Part shown: positions 13,174 to 26,110 of the stretch, one piece after another
Layout: the number at the start of each line of letters is the position of its first letter
Numbering within the stretch: the first letter of the stretch is position 1
Source: Botryllus schlosseri
Lineage: Eukaryota
Length of the DNA: 64,000 bases
Direction: 5' to 3'
Assembly (NCBI GenBank): GCA_051294905.1
Contig: CM119378.1
Span: forward strand, 24,490,001-24,554,000
The notes under the pieces: model-generated
The model's database searches: none
What the model saw: only the letters and a program-made list of their open reading frames with translations
Told to the model about the DNA's origin: nothing
Position numbers and translations under genes: made by a program

Positions 13174-14304
13174 ATGGCGATAAGAGTAATACGGAACACA
13201 ACGGAGAATGACTAAATCTGAAGGTAAGAATGGGTGTTTAAGATTTAGATGTAAATACGGGATTTTCATAGTTTGTTATAGGGAAGTAATGAAGTGTAAC
13301 GTTATAATTTTGGTAAATCGTTAAGAAAAATGGTGATAGGTATCATGCGTATAAAACAAATCCTTTGGCGCATCGTTTATGATGAGTCCCAAGCACTCCG
13401 TGTTTCACGTAATGGGCGTTAAAGGGAAAAACTGTGAGTCATGGTAAGATAGCTATGTAACGAAGCATAAATGAATGGCAGTACATCGTTTATAATAGGT
13501 ATCAAGTGAATTATTTTACGTAATGGGCGTAAACGGAAAAAACTGAAACCTCGCAACTAGAAATCTGTTGAGTAATGAAATATCAATTCGAGAGAACAAT
13601 AAAAGAAAAAGGTTGACGTGTGAAAAGATTGAGTCAATAAGGTGATTACCATGAACGGGTAATGTTGGTGTATAGTGCACTAGTTCCGAGAAATTTATGC
13701 GGCCGTCGACCAGTAACTCAATTAGTACTATGTGCTGGCGGCCGTAAACATGGGTAGGTCTATTGGCGGACATGACTTGGGATGCGGTCGTAGGCTACAT
13801 AAATAATCGAAATTCAACTGTGAATAGCAAAACGGTTGCTTCGCCTGCTTTGAACAAATGATGTTGGGAAGATTTGTCGCAAAATTCTGACATCCTAGAA
13901 GTGGAATTCAATGAGAGATCAATGGAGCATACGGTATGCAAAATACGGTTACCATAGCACCTAAAGTACTGAGTGCAGAGGTGGACAAAGTAGTCAGCCC
14001 TGCTGCTCAAGTAGAAATAGAGATAACGGTGTAAATATCTACTCGGCTACAGACGGTTACCCCTGACGAGAGTGTCAGCTGAAAATATTTGAGTTCATTT
14101 TAATACCGGCATGGTGTAACAGGTAGATTCCTCGAAAATCTATTCAGTTACCCGGGGCCTACGATAACTTACGGCCTTGTACGGCCTTATCTGGTACAAA
14201 ACACTTGCAAGATCGAGGAGGCCGGCGCTACCAAAACAGACATCGGCGATTGTTTTCGATTTCTACCAGACGACTCCCTTTTGAAGCCATAATACTCATT
14301 ACGC

Positions 14305-14850
14305 AGCTACCGTTGTGCATTTGCGATTGGGCTTCTCTGTATAGCAGACGTCTTACAGTTTGAGTACGCAGCTACCGTTGTGCATTTGCGATTGGGCTTC
14401 TCTGTATAGCAGACGGCTTACAGTTTGAGGCAAAGATTTCGAGCTAGTAGCTGCATTTGAATTATTATGGATTATGGAATCATGCCGTGACTAGCTATGA
14501 TACTACAATAACGAATGTGTTCGATTGCAGTCGCGACTGAGTTATGTTTAGGTGCCGTTTTGACTAGCTTATAACTATGAGGTAGGCTACCTTTACTCGG
14601 CTAACCGTTGTGCATTTGCGATTGTGGTTCTCTGTACAGCAGACGGCTTTCATTTTAAGGGAACGATTTTTAGCCATATATTCGCTGGGTTTGAATTATT
14701 ATCGATTATGGAATTATGCCGTGATTAGCTATAAAACTACAGTAACGACTGTGTTCGATTGCAGTGGCGACTGAGTTACGTTAAGTGCCGTTTTGACTAT
14801 CTTGCGTTTTGACTATCTTATAACTATGAGGTAGGCTACCTTTATTCAGT
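14305..14850 (+). repeat. Subterminal tandem repeats in the P element (~65-bp and ~230-bp units)
   Basis: ccgttgtgcatttgcgattg recurs at ~14310, 14376 and 14606. The longer downstream block is duplicated. Confidence 0.8.
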
Positions 14851-15992
14851 TGGTCAATAACTCATTACAATATATTGCGGTGTTATGCGCGCCCACTATT
14901 ATCAACCGAGAATTCATGGCGATATTTCATGCGGCCTTCCTGACAGCGAATTTCGACTGACTATATACTTAGTAATTCAGACTTGACTGAAGGCATAATA
15001 ATGGCCAACAAATGTTGTGTTTATGGTTGTAAGACAGGATATCTGACAACTGGGAAAAGGTTTCGTCATTCCGGTTTACATTTTATGATTTGAAGTTCCT
15101 CTGCTTCCTTGGTTCACACAAGGAACAAGTGCTACTCTGACTAAGTTTGGTGCTTTACTTAATTTAGCGAAATATCTCGAAAATGTCCGAAAAATCCGAC
15201 AACAATTTATTGGAAGAGCTTCCAAATCTACTATATTACAAGACTTGGTGTTGCTCATGTTGCGTATTCTTCCGAAATAGATTCATTTTGCGCTCCTACT
15301 TCGGTATACATCTGCGCAAGCTTATAGAATTCATACAAGAAGGTTTCCATTTCCCTCAACGTCAACGTTGTCTCGGTACAGTAAATGGAGCGTTGACGCA
15401 TTTAAAGTCCATGGAGATATGAAAGAAGAGGGCGAGATCTCCACTGAAATAATGTTGATGGTATAGATGAGATGTACTTACAGAAAGGTGTTCAATAGCA
15501 CGCTGGTAAATATTATGGAGTAGATGAAAGCGGTCACTTATAAAGGCATTGTTGTAATGATGATCTCTTCAAAAATCTTCTTCAATCGTGGTGGAGGCAC
15601 TGCCAGAGACCGAAATTACGGAAAGATGGTAGACGGAAGAATTACTAGAGTGTATTGCTACTCTCAATGAGAATGGAGTTTTTGTTCGGGATAATCATCC
15701 ATCCATTGTGAAAGCATTTTAAATATTGCGAGAAAAATACCTTCTTTTCGTTAATACACCCTGCAAGAAACTATCAATTGAAAGATAGTTCTCGCAGTAC
15801 AGGCAAATGAGTGGGGGACGGTTTCTAGTCGGTTTAACAGAAGTTACCAATTCTGAAAGGATAATACTGCTCCGTTCCATGCTGAAAATTGACATTAATT
15901 TCTGGGGACATCAAGTTTGTGTGTAAAGCTCAGCTCATTTGGATCGTTTTAAATATGTGGCAATTGAACTTACTCGATGACTTATATCTCCT

Positions 15993-16076
15993 GACAGTGA
16001 GCAGGTGTCCTGCTATGTTGGACAGTGAGCAGGTGTCCTGCTATGTTGGACAGTGAGCAGGTGTCCTGCTATGTTG
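15993..16076 (+). repeat. 28-bp tandem repeat x3
   Basis: gacagtgagcaggtgtcctgctatgttg occurs three times inside the transposase remnant. Confidence 0.95.
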
Positions 16077-16634
16077 CTGGGTACATTGACAAAAATGTCC
16101 TCAAAAATTGCAATTGCAAATTGCTTGCCTCTGTGAGAAAATATGCTGCGAAGGACTTTAAAAAACGGAAGTTGAGCAGGTTTAGCTTGCATATGATTCA
16201 TTGATGCATTTGATTTCTCGAATTTGTTGTTGAAGCTTTATAACCATAAGCTTGGTGTTCGTTTTTGCAGTAGTTACTTGTGAAAACGATATCAATTTAT
16301 TCTTTACATACTTTTATTGATTTTACAATGCAATAAAATACTTAACATTAGCAGGTTTGGTCCGTACCGCTATACAGCCTATTTCTGTGATTAGTGGATA
16401 ACTGTTTCTTCAAGGATGTCAATTGTACCTTTGGGTTTTAAGACGTGAAAGTACTTGATTCGTCTGTTATACGGCTTTGTTAGACTTATATAAAGGGAGG
16501 CATCTGGTTGCGCGATGCGAAATCGTAAGCAATCCCTGATGTCTGTTTTGCAAACGTCGGCCTCCCCGATATTGCGAGTGTAATGTGCCATATAAGGCCG
16601 TAAGTTATCGTAGTCCCCGAGTTACCTTTATACG

Positions 16635-17934
16635 CAGGGTTGCCATACCGGCCTTATTTCTAAGATTTGTCCTTATTTTGAAAGGCCAGGTCTTAAAAAA
16701 CTCGACTGTCCTTATTTCTAAGAAATGTCCTTATTTTGTCTTATTTTCAACAACTATACAGAACTTCGATCGTTTTCCTCTGGTATCTGTGTTGCGATTT
16801 TATGACATCATAAATGAAAGAAACTCCCGTGGCGTCTAGTGGTGAGATAGCTATGGCATAGTGGGTGGTATAGCAGTTTCGGCTGTACAAAGCTATCGCA
16901 GCGTGCGTCAGTTTAGCAGTAAACAGCAGTACCAGGTTTCTGCTGTATATATAGTCTACAGCAGATAGGCTGTAAGGAAGGTAGCATTTATTGCATAGCG
17001 AAATAGGGTGCAGTGCGAACGACACTTTGGTTAAAAAGTAGTAAAGCTATATATAAACCATTGATAAATTTATCTAAATTATATTACACATAATAGTTTT
17101 AGCTATAATAACGTTAAACTGATTATTTAAAATGAGCAAGCGTGAAAATGTTTTTCGTGACGATTATGATGGAGAATTGAAAGGCATCAAACGGAGCTTG
17201 AAGGGCGCGAGCATTTCGCATATTGCAGTATCTGTAATTGTGACATTAACCTGAAGGCCATAGGAAAGGCCGCTATTTAAACTCACATTAATATCCAAAA
17301 ACACAAGAAGTGTGTCATAATGATTAATTCGAGCCAGTCGATGAATAATTATTTCACAAGTCGATCAGCACTAACCACCACAGACTACAAGGCAGCTGCT
17401 GCTGAGGGTATCTGGGCATTCCATACTGTCAAACACCAGCAATCATTCCTCATCAACGAATGCACATCGCAATTGTTCAAAACAATATTCCCCGATTGAA
17501 ACATCGCAAAGAAGTTTGCTTCGGCCACGACCAAGACTACAAGCATTGTTACTGGAGTTCTTGCTCCATATGCTCAAAAAATGATTTTGTCTGAACATGG
17601 TGTGCAGCCTTTTTCCATCTCTGTTGATGCCTCTAATCACAACGAGTAGAAGTTTGGTTTACCACCCTATGGGGGGTCCGGGTCCAAAGTTGTTGTTTTT
17701 TTTGGGGGGGGGGCTGACGAAGTGCCCTGAGTAAAGGTAAACCTAGACCTGAGCTGTCGTGAGATCCACGAAGCACTTTCTAATAACAAGGAGTTGCTGG
17801 ACCAGATTATTTCTGGCGAAAAGTATGGAATGTGATGGGCCACGGTTCGTGTAAGTATGTAGAAAAACGCTTTTTAATGCTAATCTAATTTTTCGACTGT
17901 CCTTATTTTTGGGGCTATGTCGATGGCAACCCTG
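16635..17934 (+). mobile_element. hAT deletion derivative with transposase remnants
   Basis: TIR CAGGGTTGCCAT/ATGGCAACCCTG. Perfect TSD TTTATACG. Remnants AAAEGIWAFHTVKHQQSF...APYAQKM..FSISVDASNH at ~17385-17640 and a C-terminal ..SGEKY. tccttatttt subterminal repeats. Confidence 0.9.
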
Positions 17935-18193
17935 TTTATACGGCTATATCACGTAGTTCTTAAGAAAATTTGTAAATGTGATGCAAACTTTTCCCAAATA
18001 AAATTTATACTTTTCGAAATCCATATTGTGAAAAGGACTTCTGACTGAAAACTGTTCCAGGAAGAACTGCAAGTATTCCAAGACATAGCCACCTGAATAA
18101 ATAGTGCGGATAGGCAAAACGTTTACTTATGTAGCCTACTTTGAAAATGTAGAAATACTTTGTTCCTGACCACCACTAACTCAATGTTATGAG

Positions 18194-19072
18194 TAGGGCG
18201 ATTTTTTAATTTTGTAAACGAAAGATGTTGACCTAAAAAATCATAATTTTTACATTTTTGACCCTAAAAAATTTGATTTTGACCAAATTTGACCTAGCGT
18301 ATGCAAATTAGGTGTTTATCCACATAATGCTAGAATTGTAATACTCATCTTCATTTTTGGTCGGAACTGTCTGTCCTTACGAAGTAGTTTGGTCTGAAAC
18401 ATAACTTTTTTGCCTCAAAAACTTGACGAATTTTTGCATGAGAAAACTTCATTTTAATGAAAACTGGCCCTATGAGGAATTCCAATAGTTAGGCTACATT
18501 CTTTCATTACGCATTATGTTAGATATAATTGAAAAAATTTGTAGTAAGGCTACATTCTTTCATTACGCATTATGTTGGATATAATTGAAAAAAAATTTTA
18601 GTATTGAAAAAAATTTGTAGTATGGTACAACGAAAGATACTTTCCTACATTCACGGGTTGAAAGAGTCTGTCCCCTTACTAAATAGCTTGCCAAGAATGG
18701 AGTAAGAACGTTCAACAGCAGTAGTTTTTGGCGGACAACACTGAAGTTGTGCGTACACTGCTGGTAACAAACCGTGTTGCTTCAGTCTGGCAATGGTGTC
18801 TACATCACAATTTTCATCATGCGCTTCTTGATATAAGAACCACACAATGCCCACGTAGTCTCGCCTCAGTTGAGATATTGCGGTACGTTGCTACGTTTCA
18901 TTTGAGTGTTTATGATTCACAACGAGCAGACAATGGGCCATCTAAAACGGGTAAGCCTATGCTACAAGTTGCCAAATGTCAAATGATAAGTTCCCCCGAC
19001 AGTGCAAAATCTACTATTAAAGTTTTGACACAACGCTACAACCTTTTTTGACATGTAAAAAAAATCGCTCTA
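18194..19072 (-). mobile_element. hAT deletion derivative
   Basis: TIR TAGGGCGATTTTTT/AAAAAATCGCTCTA. Perfect TSD GTTATGAG. ORF 18651-18854 has PAVYAQLQCCPPKTTAVERSYSIL (dimerization motif), related to 6163-7135. Confidence 0.9.
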
Positions 19073-20489
19073 GTTATGAGCCTTAATCGAAGCGCCAAAA
19101 TATGATGGTTAGCCAATCGAAGCGCCAAAATATGATGGTTAGCCAGAGACCCAAGGTAGTTTTGGTATGGTTGCTAGCTTACATCTCATTCATTTTTAGA
19201 AATTCCTCAATCTTCTGTCGGTGTCAACTGATCTCTGCATATGAACGCCAAAAACCACGCATATTTGTCATCCATCAGTCGGTTCTTTGGTGAAATATAT
19301 GTGCTTAAGATAACTTCCATAATCAGATGGAGATGTTTGAGTTACAATTTATATACTTCCTGCTTGAGTAAACTATAGCACTTGTACTTAAATAATTGTT
19401 TCTGCATAAATGGCATTAGGCGACTCCATTCACGCATTTATATAGCATAAATCATTTGTCCAAAACTGTGCAGAACAGAGCATTAATTTGGTCAGATTAG
19501 TTCAAAAAAGTATTGTACTTTGATCATTATGATTGTATCATACAATTTTGGATATGCTTATTGGCAACTCTGAGTATGCCTCTAGTCTCAACTATTCATC
19601 TGACTAGTTGCATTATCTCTTGAATATATTTAATGAAGCCTTGAATATATTTAATAAAGCCAATATGAACCCTGACTGGTGCTTGATCTAGTGCTATCAC
19701 AATATAGTGCAGGTAACTATAAGTGGTTCTAGATTGAAGCTTATCACTAGGAAGTCTTGTTCGTATGACTATGAAAAATGTCAAGAAGGTCCACCGCTGA
19801 ACCTGCGATTAGAGATCCCCTCTCATCTTTCAAGAGATGCGAATAAAGCATTTTTACTACATATATGCTAAAATATATTTTTGCAAATCCATTTACCGAG
19901 AGGAATTACCATGGTAACAACATGCAATATAATCTCTGCCTTCAAGCCATGATAGTAGCCTTTCAACATACATTTTCGAAAGCTGATTGGTGATTCCATA
20001 AATGTGGCTTGAGCTTTCACGTTTTGGTTGACAGTTCAAACTAGCCATGAGAGAGCTGTTTTCAGATACGGATACTGAGCAAATCCCTTGGGCGTAGCTG
20101 TAGAAGATTGTCACATTCATTCGTCGGTATTTCCGTAAGTCTTTCATTAATTCTAATGAGCATAGGTATTTGGAAATTGCTTCAGAGATTAGAAGTAGAG
20201 AATGAAGAGGATCATCATTATGTTCATCAGTATCTTTAAGACATTACGAATGCTTCAAGGCTTGCTTGGCTCTTGCTGATTAAAATGCCACGATTTTGTG
20301 CCAGACCATTGTCATGCATCCACATTCTGACATTTTGTACTCCAAACGATTTCCATTCAAGGTGTTAAGATGAACCCTGACTTCCATAAAAGAAAGGTGT
20401 CGTCAGTTACTTCCGGCATAGCTATTTTCCCACGATGAATGCATCCGCAAAATGTCTTCATCAAGCATCAGTAATTCGGGGTGATGGAC

Positions 20490-21075
20490 TTTTCTGTTGG
20501 TCGAATCCATTCATTTCCTCTCATATGCGATCAATGGCATGGAATTCTTGTAACCGATACGCATCTTGCACCACAGCTTCTAGCTCTTCAATAGATTCTT
20601 TGAACTTTGCAATTCTCTGAAGTGTCTGACTGTTCGAATAGGATTCTTGGTGCCAGTCACAGCTCGCATTTTGAAAAATTATAGAATCGTCGGATATATT
20701 ACTTGCCTGATATGATACAAAAGATATGTTGACGTACATATAGCATGATAACGATAAGATTAACAAGTAAGTTATGACAGGTTACTCCAGTTGCAATCTA
20801 ACATGATAACATACCGCTTACACTGCCTGAAAAAACTTGCCGGCAGCAAAATTTCACATCTTAATTTATAAATTGATATCTCATCGTAAAGAATTACGCA
20901 TAGAAAACATACCTCGCTAACCAATTATCTTCCTACATCTGATTAAAACGCAACTTTTCCCTATGCTCAAGCGGCAGAGAATGCATCTTGGCGTGGCGAC
21001 TACCTTCCCAAACTGCCGAAGCGGAACCATCGCTAGTGTCTACACCACCTTAGAACACTATATATGCAGACTTAA
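20490..21075 (-). repeat. Dispersed repeat, copy B (inverted relative to 1283-1850, lacks the R2 insert)
   Basis: Reverse-complement match to copy A. It also continues into sequence resembling 551-569. Confidence 0.85.
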
Positions 21076-21209
21076 ACGTTTGAAGTCAACAGTACTCCAC
21101 GCAACATGCACGATCTTGCTTTCTCGTTGTAAACATTAAGCCCGATATCATACGACGCGCACTCGGTGGTCCCATCGACACAGGGGATCCTAATAGTTAT
21201 GACCTGGCC

Positions 21210-21340
21210 AAAAAAGCGTTGACGCGAAGGTCCCACACTACCATCGACAGCCTAGCAAATAATTTATGACCTGAAAAAAAAAGCGTTGACGCGAAGCGAA
21301 GGTCCCACACTCCAATCGACAGCCTAGCAAATAATTTCGA
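21210..21340 (+). repeat. ~60-bp tandem duplication
   Basis: aaaaaagcgttgacgcgaag..ggtcccacact.c.atcgacagcctagcaaataattt occurs twice. Confidence 0.85.
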
Positions 21341-23710
21341 CAACCTTCTAAAAATTGTACACCAAAACAGGCATACGATACGGTAGTTCAGTACCACTGT
21401 ATTCATAAAGATAACGAATCCACCAGGCGCACGATGAAATCAACATTTCATTCCTTGCTTGACCAGCGCCTGCAGTCAGCTCTACTCTTTCATGTGAACG
21501 AGAAGTCTCTCGACGAGTTACTCGGGATGGCACAAATACTATCTGCACAAATGTCGGACAATGTCCAACACGTCAACGCTGTCCACACCAACACAGTCAA
21601 ACCGTCTCAGAGCACGTGGTAATGCGACTAGTTTCATTCACAGCAGACAGTTAGTAAACAACCCAGCTGTTCGACGAATTTACGAATGAGCTCCGTCTTC
21701 TTATTTTCTCCTCTTTCAAGCCAGACAGCAGCATGTCTCATCTCATTCTTTCGTGCTCTCTCTTTTTTTGCTTTCATTGTTTTCGTCCTAGTTGCACAAA
21801 CAGTCAGTTTTCCCAGCAATCCCTAATTATCCATTAGCCACGGGGTCGCCTCCACTTAATTGCTATATCATATCTCCGTCGCGTCTTGATCTCTCGTAGA
21901 ATCTTAGTATTATCGTGACGTAACGTGGTGACGTAACGTGGTCGGGTAACTAGCGCTGCTCAAGTATAAGGACTGTCTTCCGGGCTCCGTCTGTTCATAA
22001 CGCTTGAACTTGGCACACGACACCTTTGAGGATCCATCTAGTGCTCTGGGACACTCGGCAATATTCATTGATTAGTAAGAGCGAACACTATAGCTTCGAT
22101 GACTCTTCAGATTTATGTGCACACGTGTGACCCTGATCTACCAGCGTCCTGCCTCACAGGCAGTCTTGGTTATTTTCATTACAGCATCCATTTCGCTGTG
22201 GCCAGCTGTGGCCATTGCGCGGTTTCGGAGTGTCTGCTGGCAGATACGATGAAAGCGGGGTGGAGATGCATCTTCCGTGGGCGATGGATCAGGGGTCGCA
22301 TGAAGTCTGTGGAAGGATTTGGTACAGTTAGACTCACATCTGAATTCATTGAATATTGTCGTGTTCCGGTTATTTATGTTCCTTTATCACGCGATAAGAA
22401 TGTTCACCTTTGCACCTCCTACTTCGCGAACCGGTGTGATGGATGGGTTCCTCTACCACAGACAACACGGCGTATACACATTATACATACAGTGGCCGCT
22501 TCTTTACGATATCGGTCGGCACAGTGCTATACCTTGAAAAACATGCATCATTATAGCATGACTACAACAGTTACGATTGCACGCGCTACTTCGAATCGTC
22601 GTTAGGGTGTCACGCGTCTAATTAAGCATGAAGATGGCCCTAATTAATCCCATGTGGTGAGATATGTCCTCCATACACGACACACACCGCGCCCTCGCAT
22701 CATTTCAACACACCACTTTGCCTATGCGAATCATAGGCAAACCGGCAGGCCACAGCATCCTGTCCTACGCTGGGCACTGACTTCACTCCCGTTCATTACA
22801 TACCCCGCCTGGATTGTGGTTATTAGGCTGTGGTAATTGCATTGTTTTACTTACCAAATGTTCTGTACTTCGTCTAGGCTTAGAAATCGTTACACTTACT
22901 TCGTCTACACTTACTTCGTCTAGGCTTAGTAATCGTTACACTGTTTTATTATCACATTATGCTGGCGTCTAGCTTGTTTTTAGCCTACCCGCGCAATTCC
23001 CGACAAGGACGACGGTACGCCGCTCATTTGAAGATGACTTCGGATGCTTGGCCAACATGATAACTAACTGCGATCGGTCAATCATGGCTACCATTCGAAC
23101 GCGTGACAGATGGACACAACCTATATTGATTCGCTCATTCCATTACCGACAGCCGAACGACGCACAGTTCACGGCCCTGTCTCAACGCACGACTTCAACA
23201 ACCAGCTCTTACTCCACGTTCGCCTCAAAGCTTCGTACGAACAGATTCCTCCGGGATTTGACACCGACATACAACGGTGCACAACAGTACAGCAGCATAC
23301 GGCAACGGAGTAAGACAACTAGCGCGAATCGCCCGGTTTCGATACTGAGGTCCGAGATTCAACTGTCCACACGCACGCAATCATGACGCCACACGCAATT
23401 ATGACGACACACGCTCATGGCTCGGTAGCGACACCAACCACCGATTCCAGCATCCCAGCACGTACCGTCAAGGGTCCTGCATATATTGACTCATTAGTCA
23501 CACACTCAGGGCCGTAACAGCACTTCGTCAGCCCCCCCCCCCCCCAAAAAAAAAAACGTTGGTCTTGGTCCCTCACATGATGATGAACCCAACCAGACCC
23601 CCCTCACACTATCCACTGTTTACCGTGATACTTGTCATCTACATCGGGTGCCTTTCACTGTGTCAGCTTTTCTCGCCTAGACGCGCTAAGCGCGAAAAAA
23701 TTCTATAATT

Positions 23711-24140
23711 CATGATTGAATCGGCCAATATGATCGGGAATTGCATATATATTGCTATCAATTTTTATCCTCTCACTGCTCACGTAATAAGATTTTACAG
23801 AGGAGGTGTGTTTGAAAAGGTAAGACCCCTCAATAATAATTAAACACCTTCTGGCGTATACCCGTTGGCAGGAAGAAAACAGCACTTCATCAGGTCCCCT
23901 ACAAAAACTTAGGTCTTGGACTACCATAGGGTGATAAACCTACACCTAATCACGTTGTTCGCTTTTGCCACGAAATTAGCCGTACTGTGCAGTGAGGCAG
24001 CGCGAGAAGTTTCGATAAATCATGATAAAATCGGTCAAAAAGATAGGGAATTGCATATCTATTGCTATCAATTTCATGTCCTCCCTGCTCACGTAATCAG
24101 ATTTACCGGTAGACTTGGGTGAGGTGTCTTGGAAACTGTA
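23711..24140 (+). repeat. Direct repeat of ~120 bp with ~310-bp spacing
   Basis: catgat..aatcgg.caa...gat.gggaattgcatat.tattgctatcaattt at 23711 and 24021. Confidence 0.7.
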
Positions 24141-24991
24141 GGGCCCTTTGATATGACTCCGTAACATGATGTTATTTAGTGACCTCCTGTCTGCTAAATC
24201 AAAATATATAGAATCGCCCAAACGTAGGCACCTAAACTAAAAGACGCACACGATTTCAAATTGGTATTTCTTCACTGGCATATAATTTTTCCAATTAAAC
24301 CTATTTGTATTTTGTATATATAACGAAGTTTTCGGTCAACATAAGGGCGGTCGTTTTCGGCCAAGGTTTTCTCGCTGCCGATCGTCCTGGCCCACTTCTT
24401 GGAGTCACATGCTTCATGGCCTAAAACTTAATATGTCTTGGTAAATCGCAGCGCGATAATGGCCGATGCCGACATGCCCATTTCTATAAATCTTGCGAAT
24501 TTTTTTTGGGGGGAAGAGTACTCAAAATTCAAGACATATGGCAACTTGAAATCGCGCGTGGCGCGAAAAACTCTGGAAAAAGTTGCATGAATTTTCAAAA
24601 AATACTCTATAATTTGTGCTAATTCACGAAATAATTTTGGGGCCCCCTTCGAGCTCGCCCCCCCCCCCCCCCGTAAGACCGCAGGACCGTAAGAACCTTG
24701 CCCCCACGCGCGGCGTGATCGATTTGACTATCGTATTGCCACCCCTGCGTGGGTTATTACCTCTTTTTTTGTCGTTTTTGCATAGGCTATTTGTTAGGGC
24801 TAGTAGTGTATTTGTAATAATATAAAATTCGCTCGGTCCATCCATCAATCATACATAACTGCATGTTTTGCACTTGTCCGCTTCGAAGCCACGCATTTGC
24901 TATCTTCTTCATGTCAGATACCGACTACGATAATTTATTGATTTGACTCTTCCACGCCACCTAGTTCCGCTCCCTCCCAAAGGGAGGTCGG

Positions 24992-25435
24992 TGTAGCAGA
25001 CCGCTGGTCCTTTTAATCCACTGTCCCTAGTTAACGCCAGGTATCTGTTATCTGTCCCTAGTTAACGCCAGGTATCTAGTGTTGCGCAAGCTTAGTAACC
25101 ATCGTTACGCCAAACATAAGTTCTACCTTTTTCGTATCACTAGTTTACAACCCGTTTCTAATTGGCTCATTAAGCTTCACAATTACATGCATTGTTACGC
25201 ATTTTCGGGTATGTTTTCTCTGTTGCGGCCCTTGAGACTTGAGATTCATCCACGAACCGTACGCATATCTTCTGCAATAAATCCGACCGAGTGAACATGT
25301 GAGTTAAGGAATCACCGACCTAAAGACAGCCAGTCGCCAGCTCAGCTACGTAGCTCCAGCACGACACAGCCTACTGTTACATGATGCCATTGACTTCGGT
25401 AACACAGCTCACTGTTACATGGTGCCTGAGTTCGG
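24992..25435 (+). mobile_element. Probable LTR followed by a tRNA-His-like PBS
   Basis: Starts TGTAG after purine-rich aaagggagg, has AATAAA at ~25277, ends TGTTACA at 25419, then TGGTGCCTGAGTTCGG. The LTR-end/PBS unit is tandemly duplicated (~39 bp). Confidence 0.5.
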
Positions 25436-25499
25436 CAACTCACCGTCTGTTACAGATTGTAGCCCACCGGAAACTTGCCATGGCACGGCGTCACTGTCG

Positions 25500-26110
25500 C
25501 GAATACAAAAAATGGAGCGGACACAACAAGATGCTGCCTTGAAAGTCGGGGACCATGTATACCTGCAGAATCTAGTTGGGAACCATCCGAAACGCTGGGA
25601 GAGAACAGGCGTCGTCGAGGTGCGCCAGCATCACCAGTACGTAATTCGCGTTGACGGGTCTGGTCGCGTAACCATACGAAACCGGCAACATTTGCGCCGC
25701 TTCACGCTATTTCCAGTGCCTGGGCATTGGGCAACCGACATTTACAACGACACCGCTTCAAGATCCTGGGCCTGCGACGGGGCACCACACCGCCTGCTGC
25801 CTCAGAACCAGCCAGGAAACTTGCCTCCTGATGTCTACGACCCTCTTGCAACGATGACTCCACGACCACAGCTGGCCCTGGCTCGCTTACAGCGATGCAA
25901 CAAGCCAGGACTGTCAGAGTCTCATCTCTTGCCCAGGTCACGAGGCGCTGTCGTTGACCCTTGAGAGCTACTGTCTTTTGTGCTAATATCGCCTTGGCAC
26001 TCCAAGACTCGTCCGTGGTGAGGGGAGATAGAGATAACCATGCTATCTCTCTCTACAGATCCTAGTCATCCTTTTCCTCACCCTTACTTGAGATATCGAA
26101 ATACTAGGGG
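25500..26110 (+). mobile_element. Ty3/Gypsy integrase C-terminus, PPT and start of a 3' LTR
   Basis: LKVGDHVYLQNLVGNHPKRWERTGVVEV..QYVIRVDGSGRVTIRNRQHLR. Purine tract gaggggaga at ~26020. Confidence 0.75.

Larger units (their letters stand above)
10400..13200 (+). mobile_element. Degenerate Ty3/Gypsy-like element: gag-like remnant, RT N-terminus, downstream membrane-protein ORF
   Basis: 11927-12230 reads KPFVSGPY...KALKEAIDII..FGIIEQG..*KLAIFVVHEK, like the Gypsy RT start. Purine tract aaaaaagggggag at ~12468-12480. No LTR pair found. Confidence 0.5.
14153..16619 (+). mobile_element. P-element superfamily transposon with degenerate THAP-transposase
   Basis: TIR CGGGGCCTACGATAACTTACGGCCTT/AAGGCCGTAAGTTATCGTAGTCCCCG. 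Perfect 7-bp TSD AGTTACC. THAP start MANKCCVYGC at 15001, then DEMYLQKG, DNHPSIVKAF, FLV..EV..SERIIL and YVAGY remnants with stops and frameshifts. Confidence 0.9.

Noticed and set aside
14305-16076. Tandem repeats as CRISPR-like arrays
   Set aside because: No unique spacers; they are plain duplications within a eukaryotic P element.
19200-20420. Degenerate coding-like text on the minus strand
   Set aside because: No recognisable motif and many stops.
21400-21560. hAT dimerization-domain remnant
   Set aside because: Weak similarity split over frames, with no TIR or TSD.
23507-24747. One hAT element bounded by CAGGGCC and CACCCCTG
   Set aside because: The TIRs match poorly and there is no TSD.
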